A DNA stretch of 64,000 bases from Sporopachydermia quercuum (taxonomy: Eukaryota). The translations under genes were made by a program, and so were the position numbers. The stretch lies in NCBI GenBank assembly GCA_001599295.1, contig BCGN01000008.1, positions 124,001 to 188,000 of the forward strand. The letters are read 5' to 3'. Below, in pieces: positions 32,697 to 45,200 of this stretch. Numbering within the stretch: the first letter of the stretch is position 1; each line of letters opens with the position of its first letter. The notes under the pieces are model-generated. The model was not told where the DNA came from, ran no database searches, and saw nothing but the letters and a program-made list of their open reading frames with translations.

Positions 32697-34268
32697 TTAT
32701 AAACATTCTGTGCCGAGATCGTATCTAATTCTAAATCTTCTTCCCCTCCAATTGATTGATTCTCCACTCATGGCATATATCCATATTGGAAGAGCAAGTA
32801 GCTCTCTCAACATCCAAGGACCTAAAAAATCTTTAACGAAACTAGTATAGGTAGGTGATGAAAGGAAAGAAGTATGCGATTGAATGAACCAAGGAACATT
32901 AGAAAGGTCATGCCCTGATTCGATAGAGTTAGGAGTACGAGACCTCACTGGAAGTGCTTCTAATAAGGAGAGAGTGCCAGAAGAACTTCCAGCACCAGGA
33001 TTCGAAGCGTTCTTAGAGTTATTACATGAATCATTCACCAATCTGCGGAAATTATGTAATACCGAACACTGTATAGTATCAGCCAGAAACCATATAATCA
33101 CATGCAGTAGAAGAAACCACCAACTCCATATACGTTTGGCATCAGAGAACCACCAACTAACCGCAAAAGAACCAAAAATCCCACTTAACAAACACTCTGT
33201 AGTTGGTTCTATTAGAGTAGCTGCAATTACCATATATTTTCTAACTCGTAACCATCTGACTCTTCTACCAACATAGTCCATTAGTCGTAATTGTTTCTCC
33301 GGTTGTACAACTACATCATTTGTAAGAAACGTTTTGGTTTTGTTTCCATATTTCCACATAATATCAGCTATCATGTTATCTTCGCCAATAAACCGAGCAA
33401 AAAAACAAAGTCCATTATTTGCTGATTCATCCGAAAAGAATAACCTATCGCTTTCTGAGAATCCTTCTGAAAAGCTTCCATTGCTTAACACAGCATCTTT
33501 GACGGCTATGTTGAGTTCTGATCTGGAAAACAAGTTTGATTTTCCATTGACACACGGCGCAATTCGGAAACTATTGATTGCACAGTAAAATTTAGAATGC
33601 GCCGTTGATAAAAATATTGAATCTAACTGTGCTCCTAAAGACGATAAGAATCCAGGACCGATTTTCACAGCCACCGGTAAATGATGAACATGTCCAATCT
33701 CTTTGGCTGTATCGCTGCTGAATATCTCAACTGCTCTTTCAAGAGTACCATAGCTCACCCATACATTTGAATCAAGCACCCATATTATATCATACTTTGC
33801 TGCTTTGTATCCTTTCAATAGGTTACTGACTTTAGGATTAGGTCCAAATTCACTTGACGCTCCCATCAAGACAGAGGTATCAATATGTGGATATCGAGCG
33901 CATAAATCACGAACCAGATCTATAGACGATGAGCCTGAAGAATCTTCAAAACAGAAGATTATCTCAAAATTAATATAAGTCTGTAAAAACGCACATTCAA
34001 GACATGCAAGCATCTCAGAATCTAGCCCACATATTGGTCTTAGTATTGAGACACCTTGAACTTTTGAAATACCTGAATTTGGTTTTGATGTGCCACCAGA
34101 TGATTTAATGGATTTCAGAACAGTTTTCTTCAGTTTATTTACACTATATTTTTGTGATGGCGGAGCCCTAAATCGCGTGAGTATAAGGAACCAACCATAA
34201 GTAGCAATGCTGATGATGACAATATACCATATTAGCGCAATAAGGGCAAAGATTCCCAGAATTACCAT
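32697..34268 (-). CDS. HSX11: Ceramide glucosyltransferase (GT21; GCS1/HSX11 family)
   Basis: N-terminal TM segment, VSILRPICGLD, GPNPKVSNL, WVLDSN, GKS, GED and RRVRWLRVRKYM motifs. Confidence 0.93.
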   Translation of the reverse strand: MVILGIFALIALIWYIVIISIATYGWFLILTRFRAPPSQKYSVNKLKKTVLKSIKSSGGTSKPNSGISKVQGVSILRPICGLDSEMLACLECAFLQTYINFEIIFCFEDSSGSSSIDLVRDLCARYPHIDTSVLMGASSEFGPNPKVSNLLKGYKAAKYDIIWVLDSNVWVSYGTLERAVEIFSSDTAKEIGHVHHLPVAVKIGPGFLSSLGAQLDSIFLSTAHSKFYCAINSFRIAPCVNGKSNLFSRSELNIAVKDAVLSNGSFSEGFSESDRLFFSDESANNGLCFFARFIGEDNMIADIMWKYGNKTKTFLTNDVVVQPEKQLRLMDYVGRRVRWLRVRKYMVIAATLIEPTTECLLSGIFGSFAVSWWFSDAKRIWSWWFLLLHVIIWFLADTIQCSVLHNFRRLVNDSCNNSKNASNPGAGSSSGTLSLLEALPVRSRTPNSIESGHDLSNVPWFIQSHTSFLSSPTYTSFVKDFLGPWMLRELLALPIWIYAMSGESINWRGRRFRIRYDLGTECL

Positions 34269-35983
34269 TATGAAAAAAAAACCTTTGTGTGTAGGCTTGG
34301 CTATCTATCACCTATTAATCATAGGTTTTGATATTATCTGCTAAGTAGAATAGCAATTAGTAAATTTTAGTATTCCCGTGTCAAACGGTTTCTGATGATC
34401 TAATATTATTCTTTCATCAAGTTGACTGGTTTGTCAGAATAATCTTTCTATCTTCATTAAGCTGTTCTTGCTATCTTCACATCTATCTATGGCCTAGCTA
34501 AGCTGAAACATTTAAACGACATCTTTATAATGGCTTGAACACCAACCTCATTGACTTATAAGCTTCTTGCATTATATTTTGTATTATGCTTATTCTTTGT
34601 TTCAAACAAAATACCCGTTAAGCTTGGATAAGTACCAATTGAGCGACATTCCCGGAATATAACGAGAAACTTCCGGCCAGAGATTCCGGGCTCAAGGACG
34701 CTTTTAATTGACATTGTAGGAATGAACTATGAGGATATAATGAGAAGACCGGAGATAAAATAGATGAACAAGGTATGTTACAGGGAAAGCAGAGGATTTT
34801 GTTGATTTATGGGGAAAGTACTAATGTGCTTGCCGAAGAGACATGATGAAGACGAGGGTCAGGAGACAAGCCTTGCGAGAGGATGTATGTTTGAATGGAA
34901 ACAGGATGGAGAAAAGCATCATTGGCTTGACTATGAGTCTTTGTTAAGTAAAACGACGTAAAAAGCTAAATATTTTATAGAGGAGAGCATCTTTTATTTT
35001 ATGAATTAACTATTTATTGACACTTTGTAAGGTCAGGGGTAAGGGGATGGATACTTGTGCTCCATATTAACATACCCTTCACCTGAGCTGCAGAGATGTC
35101 ATCGCATTCTTTCCTATATTCTGCTTGTCAGTTGATCTTGCCGTTGACTAGTATGTCCTACTAACTGTTACTAACAAGCAACCACTAATCAACATCAAAT
35201 TCGGTATGTTGCGCATACAGAACTTCAAGATCTTGTTGGACGAGTAACGCGCATTATTAACTTATAAGAACGGAATAAAGAATCGATTCATCAAATCCAC
35301 TCTTCTTCACCTACTTTCCTGCACTTCACGCTTATTCCCACATTAAAGTGCATATCTTGTACTTTTCTCTCAAGGGTCTCAAAATTATCTTTACTATGAT
35401 AATTTTCAACTATGCTTTAACAAACCTTCCAGTGACCTTTAGCCTCATCAATGCAAGGGTGTAAATTAGCAACCTCTAAACTCTATTTTTCTTTCTATAA
35501 AACAAGAACAGCTAATGCCTCCTGCACATCTCATGCGAGATAAGAAACTTTAAAATATCATCCTAAAGCAGCTAATTACAGTAGAAAAGAGTCTCACTTC
35601 TCATATCTCCAGACCCTTGTTCTATGTTCCGTTTCTCCAAAGCTCAAACCAACGAACTATAGCAATGTTGATAAAACAAGTGGCACATAGTAAGAGATAA
35701 GGATTTTTTCAAGGAACAAAGGCAAAGGGTATATTGTTAATGCTTTGTTAGTTTTCAAGGCTGCTTATTCAACTTTTGCTGAGGGAAATAATCAACTTGG
35801 GAGAACCCAGCACAGAGTAAGGTAGGTGGTGCAGTCAGTGATTCTGAAAAGTGTCCTAGTCGTAGAGATACACAAGCAGCGCATTGCTGGATAGTAATAT
35901 GATGATAGCAGCAACCATATACATCTTATCCCAAAGCTCTAGTAAGAAAAACTGCCCCAAAATATCCAAGAAATGGGTTAAAA

Positions 35984-38900
35984 ATGTCTGGTATATCGAG
36001 TAGATCCCAAAGTGTTGATAGCACTAGTCGAACTTCTAGTAACATATCTAATGAAGATGCTTCGACAGGGAAAAAGCAAACAGGAAGTAAAAAGTCGACA
36101 ACAAGATCATCAGTATCAACATACAGGAAAACAGCAGCATGTCAGAGATGTCGGTCTAAGAAAATCAAATGCGATCAGAAGTTTCCAAGCTGTTCCGGAT
36201 GTGAGAAAGCTTGCGTAGAATGTATTGGATTTGATCCTGCAACGGGCAGAGAAATCCCAAGAAGCTATGTGTCTCATCTAGAAGACAGAATAGCGTATCT
36301 AGAAGTCCAATTACGTGCCAGGGGAATTCTTGACTATGATATAAATCCATTAGGGCTAGAAGAATATAACGCGAATTTAGAGCGTCTTAAAGAGCTCACT
36401 GGGCTAAAAGACAGAGTTCCTGCTATGGGAAACTCGCCTTTGAAACACACTATGCAACTAAGAACTGGTGTACAATATACAGTATCTCAACTTGGATTAG
36501 GCAATTCAAGATTGAATTCAGATCCAGCGAAACCCTCACAACAAAACATCCCTCCGGAAACTAAACCATTACAGTCCACAGGCTCATCTTCCGCCGATGC
36601 TGAGGAAAGTGCAAAGCTTCTTGATGGAGTGGAGTCTGTATCAAAAACTTCGGGCTCTTCTATTCCGTCATCATTTTTAGGAGAATCCTCTGGTTTATCT
36701 TTTGCTAGTTTGATGTTCACTGCCGTAAAGCTTAGAAATTCAGAAAGTAGTAAATCAAGAAGAACACCGGTTAACGAGAAAACAGACAGAAGACCTAGCA
36801 TTCTATCAATGTCATATATAGATAATGTTCATGACAATGAAACCCCTTCAGCATTGGCATTGCATCATCATCCAGATTTACCGAGGCCTGCTCTGCTACC
36901 GTCTAAAAAGGAAGCGGAAAAGCTAATAGCACTATATTTTACTCAGGCGAATTCCCAGCTGCCAATTTTACACCGGGAGCATTTTCTCCGTAATTGGTTC
37001 GAACCTGTGTATGGTTTGCTTTCGAGCGATGTATCACTTGCATCAGATTATACGAAAATTGGCCTTCCCGAGCGGAAAATAGAAGAAAAGGATACATTTT
37101 ATTACCAGTATTGCAAAAACCAGGGCGAAGACAATCGAGGAAATAAAAGCTTTAATGTGAACAATGACAATAGCAGCAAGAATACTAATAACAATAACGT
37201 CGCCAGCAAAGCAAAAGATAACATTCCTGCTAATATTATGCCTAGTTTATACTTTCTGAACATTATATTTGCCATAGCAACCTCAATCCATCATCAACAA
37301 CACGCAATATCCATTTCAGAATCATATAAAGCTGCTGCTTTGAAGTATATCGATTCAGTATACGCTTCACCTAACAGATTAGTAGTTCTACAAGGATTCT
37401 TACTATTATCGCTATACTCTACAATGAGACCAAGTGTACCTGGCGTGTGGTATATCTTAGGATCTGCTATTCGGTTATGTGTTGATTTAGGTCTCCATAC
37501 TGAAAATGGCTATGGTAGTATAAGATCCTATAGTTCATCAGCTTCAGAAGACCAAAAGGCAAGTGAGCATTCAATTGAAATGCTTCTGAAGGGCGAAAAG
37601 TTTCAATATGATTCGTTTACATTTGAAATGCGCAGGAGGTTGTTCTGGTGTACTTACTCTCTAGACAGGCAAATATGCGTTTATCTAGGCCGACCTTTTG
37701 GAATACCAGAAGAATCAGTTAACGTTGCATTCCCTTCAGAACTTGATGATACACTTATTCTGCCAGACAATCCTAACGTTCATATCGATTACTCTAAAGA
37801 AAGAACATACACAGCATCCTATAAAATAATCTCCTTAGCATTTTTCTGCATTCGCAAGCTCCAATCCGAAATCCAACGGGTTCTGTACGACTGCGTGCCA
37901 TTGGACGCCACCAAATTCAAGTCTCTATCAGCGTGGCGTAGAGATATCTGTAGCAGGCTTGATGAATGGTACCGGAAGCTCCCACGGTCTACGCATAAGA
38001 TTAATTGCCAGTTTAACAGATCTTTTCTTGACTTGAATTATCATCAAACGAGGCTTCAACTGTTTGGAATATGTCCTTTGGCCCCTAAATTGACTACTGA
38101 GAGTCTGATGATTCTTGCTGACGCAGGGTCCAAGATAATTGAGATTTATGGAGAGTTAAACAGCAAAAAATGCATTAATTATACCTGGGCAGCCGTTCAT
38201 AATTTGTTTGTCTCTGGCACAAGTTATTTATACGCGTTGTATCATTGCGCACCTTTAAGAAAAGCCACTTTGTTGCAGGAAATTGACAAATGCTGTAAAA
38301 TGTGCTTAGAGGTGTTGGACGCATTGAAGGACCGTTGTGCTGCAGCAGGTACTTGCAGGGATACGTTTGAACTGATAGCAGCAGCTATTATGAAGTTGCG
38401 GTACCATGAAATGAAAGGAACACCCGTGATGATAGGCTCTGGAGCACCAGGAACCACCGTTAAAATAGGTGAAGGTGTAATTGAACAGAAAGAAGGATAT
38501 GGTAAGAAGAAACGGCTCCATGATACTATTGAAGAGGAGTTGGAGAACCAAGAAAAAGAAGAATTAGAAGGCGCTGAAAGGAGAGTCATTAAAAGTGTTA
38601 ATGGTTTTGATAATGAGGATATCAGAAGTAAGACGCCAGTGCCAGTTAGCTCTAGACCAGCACTTGCTAGTCCCGATACCTCGGGAAGTGCTAGTTCCTT
38701 ACCCAGTTTCTTGGAAACGTACAAGAAGAGTGATGGCAGTCCTAATGATAGTAAAATACGAAGAATAAGTAGCTGGGAAAGTGGAATCGGTTCTAAGGGC
38801 AAGAATGCTGATAATGGTGGTATGAATATTAACTTTAACGAGAATGGTAGTAGCAATAACAACAATAACAATGACTGTTATAATAACGATTTGATTCGTA

Positions 38901-39820
38901 ACAGAAACAGGCAAACAGATGTTGTGGATGGCCCTAACTCTAGAGGTATTAGCAATACTAACTCTATGGTTGATAATTCTAATGGAAGGCACGAAACTGT
39001 TGCCACTGCTTATCGCTCGAATTCAGGTACCAGCTCCACCGGGAACACCGAAATTTCTTTCAATTGGCCTTTAACATCAGAACTTGACGAGGATCTAGAG
39101 CGATTTTTCCAAGAAGCAGCTTTCTTTCAAGACTTGAAACCTCAAAATGAAGATGGTATCTATGAGCGGTCAAATCACCCAACAGAAGAAGAATCAATGG
39201 AAGAACCTGGGAATGTGAGTTCCAACCAGATGGCAGGACAGATTTTTCGTCAATTAGACCCCAGTATGAATTTTGGACCTGCTACAGTTCCTGTGTTACC
39301 AGAAGACTATTTCTTCCCTGACAGAACATCGCCAATGAGCCATACATCAAGTATTGGATCTGAAGCAACAGAAGAAGCAGCAACGGGACAGGGAACCGGT
39401 TCAAGTTCTGTTTCCACCATTCGTAGAGAGAAAAGCTCTCGAAATATGCGGGAGGTTTTTGGTAGCATTGCTAATGTTGAGCCATTTTCCAGGAGACATG
39501 ACCAGGGAATGTTTGACCTTATCAATGATGTACCCGTTGGGCCTATTTGGGACCAATACATTGCTCCTCAGGTTCAACCAACAGGCCCGTATGGTCCGAT
39601 GGGAGGACCGCAGATGACCGAGCCTGTTGATATCAATTCCTATGGTTCTTATGCTCAAGGTCCAGGAGTACCAATGTCAGGAATCCCAGGGCCTGGGGGA
39701 ACAGCGAGGGTTGAACCAGGATATGGATCACAGCAGATACCGTTCCCAGCGGGTTATCATCAGTTGCCTTTAGGTAATTTTCCTAGTGGAGGCTATCCGT
39801 ATTACGCTCCACAACAGTGA
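35984..39820 (+). CDS. PPR1: Zn(II)2Cys6 transcription factor, Ppr1/UaY family
   Basis: ACQRCRSKKIKCDQKFPSCSGC...CIGFDPATGREIPRSYVSHLEDR, plus the middle homology region RRRLFWCTYSLDRQICVYLGRPFGI. Confidence 0.88.
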   Translation: MSGISSRSQSVDSTSRTSSNISNEDASTGKKQTGSKKSTTRSSVSTYRKTAACQRCRSKKIKCDQKFPSCSGCEKACVECIGFDPATGREIPRSYVSHLEDRIAYLEVQLRARGILDYDINPLGLEEYNANLERLKELTGLKDRVPAMGNSPLKHTMQLRTGVQYTVSQLGLGNSRLNSDPAKPSQQNIPPETKPLQSTGSSSADAEESAKLLDGVESVSKTSGSSIPSSFLGESSGLSFASLMFTAVKLRNSESSKSRRTPVNEKTDRRPSILSMSYIDNVHDNETPSALALHHHPDLPRPALLPSKKEAEKLIALYFTQANSQLPILHREHFLRNWFEPVYGLLSSDVSLASDYTKIGLPERKIEEKDTFYYQYCKNQGEDNRGNKSFNVNNDNSSKNTNNNNVASKAKDNIPANIMPSLYFLNIIFAIATSIHHQQHAISISESYKAAALKYIDSVYASPNRLVVLQGFLLLSLYSTMRPSVPGVWYILGSAIRLCVDLGLHTENGYGSIRSYSSSASEDQKASEHSIEMLLKGEKFQYDSFTFEMRRRLFWCTYSLDRQICVYLGRPFGIPEESVNVAFPSELDDTLILPDNPNVHIDYSKERTYTASYKIISLAFFCIRKLQSEIQRVLYDCVPLDATKFKSLSAWRRDICSRLDEWYRKLPRSTHKINCQFNRSFLDLNYHQTRLQLFGICPLAPKLTTESLMILADAGSKIIEIYGELNSKKCINYTWAAVHNLFVSGTSYLYALYHCAPLRKATLLQEIDKCCKMCLEVLDALKDRCAAAGTCRDTFELIAAAIMKLRYHEMKGTPVMIGSGAPGTTVKIGEGVIEQKEGYGKKKRLHDTIEEELENQEKEELEGAERRVIKSVNGFDNEDIRSKTPVPVSSRPALASPDTSGSASSLPSFLETYKKSDGSPNDSKIRRISSWESGIGSKGKNADNGGMNINFNENGSSNNNNNNDCYNNDLIRNRNRQTDVVDGPNSRGISNTNSMVDNSNGRHETVATAYRSNSGTSSTGNTEISFNWPLTSELDEDLERFFQEAAFFQDLKPQNEDGIYERSNHPTEEESMEEPGNVSSNQMAGQIFRQLDPSMNFGPATVPVLPEDYFFPDRTSPMSHTSSIGSEATEEAATGQGTGSSSVSTIRREKSSRNMREVFGSIANVEPFSRRHDQGMFDLINDVPVGPIWDQYIAPQVQPTGPYGPMGGPQMTEPVDINSYGSYAQGPGVPMSGIPGPGGTARVEPGYGSQQIPFPAGYHQLPLGNFPSGGYPYYAPQQ

Positions 39821-40756
39821 AAGTATTTTTGGAGCAGGGATATAGAGATGGCCAAGGAAAGAATAGAGCTTCAGCGAAGGAGATGGCGTGTAAATGTAGT
39901 TCAATGTAATATATAATATAGGAATTGAGTAACAGCAATGAATTTGTAGTAAATGGCATGAATATCTGTTGAGATCTCCTCAGTAGAGTAGGGAACATCT
40001 AAAAGAAAGTGTTGTAGTAGCAGTTTGATTGTTCTGTCGGATAATGATCGCCAGATAGTTTCCGAACTGTAATTTATAGTCTCCCGGAATAATAAAGAGA
40101 AGCGGGAACGATAGGGTTTCCCTGAAGGAAAACGAATGAATGAAGGAAACAGTAAAGTATTGATATATTTACTATTCAGTTTAGCTGGAAAGGCATTACT
40201 TCAAGTAGCAGACTAAAGGACCTAGCAGATAGTAGATACCAATACAAATATATTAACTCTAATCCATCAACAAATAATCCTATCAAACCAATTGTCACGT
40301 GCCACAAAAATTGGAGATAATCTCCGAAATAACTCGGAAACCGGAATCCATAAGTTTCATCAAATGAGCAGACCGTTAAAAGCAATTAAACGACTTTCTC
40401 TCTTTCTTTTCTTATTCATTTCTTTATTGATTTCCTAATAATTCTTTCTATCAAACAAGAAATAATCGGTTTATTTCATCAGCTAAAATCCCTATTCATT
40501 ATAAACGTAATTCTTACGCACAACGTAATAAGACTATTTTCATTGTTGGTACAGAACATGCAAGACGATGCGATAAAGGTTTCAGCATAAATAGTTCATT
40601 TATCACATCATAAGAAGACACTACAAAATCAAATACGGTAGCATACTGGTAGTAACGGTACTTTATTTACTATACATATAGATTTTTTCTTCTATTGCTA
40701 GTGTTACGTTTTCCAAACGAACAATACAGCTATTTCATACATACATTACTACTGCA

Positions 40757-40996
40757 ATGGCGAGACTATCAGGACTACAGAAAGATGTTATGAAATTGTA
40801 CAGGATGTGTGTTAGGGAAATCAAAAACAAGCCAGTTGAAAATCAGGATAACTTTCGAGTTTACATTCGGTCTGAATTTGAAAGATATAGGTATTCCATT
40901 GAGAGGAAAGATTTTGCTACCGTGGAACATTTACTGAGGAAAGGGTTTCAGAAGTATGAATTAATGAAGGAACCCGGAGTAAGGAATATTCATTAG
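40757..40996 (+). CDS. SDH6: Succinate dehydrogenase assembly factor 1 (LYR-motif protein)
   Basis: RLSGLQKDVMKLYRMC...F...IERKDFATVEHLLRKG, 79 aa. Confidence 0.93.
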   Translation: MARLSGLQKDVMKLYRMCVREIKNKPVENQDNFRVYIRSEFERYRYSIERKDFATVEHLLRKGFQKYELMKEPGVRNIH

Positions 40997-42242
40997 CGGG
41001 TATTTAGTGGTATGTCTTGTATATAATTTATGAGGTGGACGATGAATGAGAAAAGCATAGTTGGAAAGTACCCTGGAAGGGATATATGAAAAGATTGTTG
41101 GAAAGAGTAGATGAAATGACGACTATTTTCGATGATTTGACTATAGTTTGTGGATTACTTGACGATTTACTTGACGTCAACTTTCATTATCCAAGCAAAT
41201 GTGTAATTGTCAAAACTGTTTATCTATCCAACCAATTGCAATCTTTGAGCGCATTTTGAATGAGTATTCGGAAGACTGGTTATTCAATTAACTGTTGACT
41301 TGGCTACACTTGCTTTGGAAGCTTTCAGCAGTAACAGAACAAGCAGATAACTGATATATATTGTTTTCGAGAATGATTCAAAAGAATGGAACTCTTCATA
41401 CTCAATAATCAATGCATTTAAAAGCGCTCTATTGAATTGTTTTTACTAAGCTTCTTATCGCTTTAATTTTCATCCTTAACGCAACAACCAATGTCTGAAT
41501 ATAGGCTTAGTGTGTTTAGCTGGAAGAATATGTATGGTACAGTTATTAGAGACTATGGGAATCTGATTTGAGGATCCTAACCTTGTTTGATAAATGAAGT
41601 ATATGATGTTTCATCAATGGTGATTTAGATTTAAATGTGATAGCATAAACAAATACTCCCGATGATGATGTTAATGATGATGGTGATATAAAACACTTGA
41701 ATAGTTTATTAATTCTGACAATTGAAAGATGGGATTTTAAATGCATAAAAAATTGAATGTTGTGTGAAAGGTATGGAACTAAATACTACTAGTATTATTG
41801 ATATTACTGCTAGTGTTACACTGAATGCCATTCTGCTTGTTCATTACCTGTTGGTATTTATCATTGTTTGTCGGTTGATTCTCATTCGCATGGTTTCTTG
41901 CCTACTAACTACATTGTGAATAATTTATAAATAAACATGCATACCTCTTCTGAAACTATGTTCTGTTACTAGTATTATTGATTATGTATGACTGTATTAT
42001 AATACAAATAATAAAACTATCTCCTCTTCCCTATTAAGCTTGAACTAAATTTGATTTGAATTGAGTAACAAAAAAAAAAAGACATTCCTTCCTTCCTTGT
42101 CGTCCGAATTTGAGGAAAGTTTGCTCAAAAGTTCAGTTTATTCTCGTCATTGTACTTGGTTGCCCCGATTACAATAATGTGTTTGTTTTCATGCAGTGAA
42201 TTGACAACATATTCCCTAACATCAACACAATAATTTATTCAT

Positions 42243-45200
42243 TTATTCTGCAAATATTTGCTCATAATGTCCTAATAATACATGTACTGCTTCATTCTTT
42301 GCTCGCATATCATCTGCTTCTCGTATATTCGTCTCTTCCCATGCTATTGTCGGCGCGAAAACCACCGATAGGTTGCCCACATGCATCAAATTCTCTTTAG
42401 AATGCTCTGCCACTTTTGTTAAATGTCCACATAATGCTTTCAATGATTTGTAATGAGTAGAAGACAATTGGTGCACCAGTTCTCTCATTTGATTGATTTT
42501 CATGCTTAGTGTTTGATACTCTGCTATAGAAACGAATAGGTCGTACTGATCAAAAGGAATAACAGGAATAGGCAATGATCTCAGGTATTTCTTTAATGCT
42601 GATGTTAATGCGTTGACATCGCATTCCAATACTGTGTCCAAATCTGTAGTGGATACATGTTGTCTACCTGCTGACCGGAACGCTGCTAAAACAGTTTCTA
42701 CTTGCGACTGAGCTCCGGATTTTCTGTATAGCCCTTGAGAGGATAATCCTCTTAATTCTACTTCTTTCATGATTCGAGAGAGAAGAAATGGAATATCAAG
42801 GCCTTCGTAAGTGGCTCGGACGTCTAGTTTCATATCCAACAGGGGATCCCGGTAGAGCTGAGGGTTTAATGATGAGAGCTGCTTGGGATCGTAAGGTAGA
42901 GAAGAGGTAGAGGAGGCTGAATTTCCTCCTGTTGCTGAAGAGCCTGGAGTTTCCGAAGAGGCAAAGAATTTAGCCATTGCGCTGCCTTTTCGTTTCCAGA
43001 ACGCCAGTTTTGCTTTTTCGTGCTTCCGAGCGTCGATGATTTCTGTATGAGCCCCCTCAAGAATTGTTGCAGGTGGTTCATCTTCCGTGTTTGATCCGTC
43101 GTAGTCATTTAGGTTTGAGCCCACTGACACTGAAATAGGGATTTGTTGCCCATGGGACTGAGTTTGAGACTGCGGTAATGATAAAGAAAGCGATTGAGAG
43201 TGCGTCATAGGTTTAGAATGTAACTGCGAGTATGGTTGGGGCTGCTGTTGGATTGATCGGAGTTCTGCTAAACGCTCCTGGAGAGACTTGATTGTATTAT
43301 CTTTTTCACTTAGAAGAGATTTCAATGACAATAATTCGTTGCGTAGTGATTCATTTTCTTTCGTCAAATGTAGCAGAGAATTAGTGTCACTTGAGCCCAT
43401 TGATTGTGTTGAGACAATAGGAATACTTGTTTTCTGGTGGTCCTTCTCTTCGATAGTACTGCTAGTATAAATGCTGTTGAAGTTATTAGGAGAACCATTA
43501 AAATTACTGTTATCAATACTATTATTATCATTAGTTGGGGCCGAACGATTCTTATTGTTTTTTAAAGTTGAAGAACTAGCGAATGATCGTAGCAAAAGCT
43601 CATGGTTGCTTCCAACACTGCTGTTATTTCGTGAGTGTCCTGGTGTGAATTGGTTGTTGCTATTGTTGTTATTATTACCATTATTCCGCGATTCTGAATT
43701 GGAAGCTGATCGGGATCGCTCCCTTCGGAACAAACTAAGACTCCTTGACATTTTGCTTTCCTTCGGTTTAACATTCCTCTCACCAGGACTCAATTCATCA
43801 ATAAAGGAGTTCGAAAACAAAGGAGAAAACTCTTGAACTTGCGGCAGTGCTATGTTTGAATTTGAAGAAGATGAAGAGGATATTTTCTTGGGAGTTGAGA
43901 ACTCTTCGACGCAAGTTTCGGTTTGATGTTCAGTAGTTCCAGCAGCAACACCATGATTAGAACTATTATTAACAGTATTACTAACATTTGTGGCAGGTTT
44001 ACCAGTAGTATGACCATTGCTAATATTACTGGTACTTGTACTGACGGTACTCGTACTTATATTAGTTATAGATTCGTCTGACGAGGATGTGATAGCAACT
44101 GAGTCATTATCAGCCGTAAAAACAGAAGTAGCAACTGGAGTAGCAAGTCTGATCGAAGTTTCGCTACTAACAAGAGGTTTTGTTCTCAGTTTCATGTTTC
44201 TGCTAAGATTAGAATGTTTCTTTTCACTATTACTGGAGCTTTCTTCGTCATCATCCTCACCGTAAGTTTCCATAATCCCGAGCATGTAAAGAGAATCCTT
44301 TTTAGTCAGTTCTGGCGAAGATTTTTCTTCGAATTTATTACTTGTGGTTTTGGTTCTATTATCCTTTTCGTTTTTGCTTCCCACTTGCTCCAAATTCGGG
44401 TTCTGTTGGCTCTGCGAATTAGTTTTACTATTGATGATTGATTTATGTTCTGGTGATTGCACCTGAATGTCCAACACTATTTGGAATGGATCAACTGCGG
44501 AATCTTCACCAAATTCACCAGGTAAAATACACGGTTCTTCTTCATTCTCAATGATAATAGCTCCTCTGTTTCCTGGTGAAAAAGGAGATGATGGGTTATA
44601 AATTCTAGCAGAAGGAGACTTTAAAAACTCACTGACATTCCCGTTTGGCTTCGTTAGAGTTGAGCTAGTGACAACTGTGTCGCTGGAAAATTTCTTTGAT
44701 TTTCCTTGGGGAACCATTGGGCTTCTTAGTTTTTTTGTTGATTCTTTGGAAGGGCTTTGAAGTGGGGTATGGAGAGCTGAGGAGATAATAGATTCTGAAG
44801 TAGCTGAAGCAGTTGTAAAGCTCGTGATTGAATCATTATTGGGACTACTATCTGAGTTATGCGATATCTTCTCCGAACTGGACACGTTTTCTGGAAGTCT
44901 TGGAAGCAGCTTATTCTGGAAACTGTCTGATCGGGGAACTTTACTTTCACCTTGAGTCAGGTGTCTATTATGAAATCCTTTCTCCAGATCTTTCAACTGT
45001 TGTTTCTTACGTTTTCGCTGTAGCAGCTTTTCATGACATGGCATGCAGAAGAGACCTTTAGACGTTCTAGCATAACGGAGGTTTTCAATCTTACGCTTGC
45101 AGTTCCTACAACAGAAACACTTGGAGCAATAAGCCTGATCTCCAGTTAAAATGGCCAAATCATCAATCTTCTTCTTGCACATATAACAGGAATATGAACA

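Noticed and set aside
38242..38871. Long antisense ORFs within PPR1 (and likewise within IMH1, RGA, SPC98, SHM1 and GCS1)
   Set aside because: These are shadow frames of real genes with L/S/F-rich composition that mirrors sense-strand codon bias.
2317..39820. Pyrimidine/nucleotide regulatory cluster (Urc2-like TF, SHM1, PPR1)
   Set aside because: The genes are spread over more than 30 kb among unrelated housekeeping genes, and no pathway enzymes are clustered.
40117..40131. Mcm1-like TTTCCCTGAAGGAAA
   Set aside because: The spacing is one base short of CC-N6-GG.
41010..41909. Possible SDH6 3'UTR intron (GTATGT at 41010, TACTAAC at 41903)
   Set aside because: There is no YAG within the short branch-to-acceptor distance used by the other introns, and the length is atypical.
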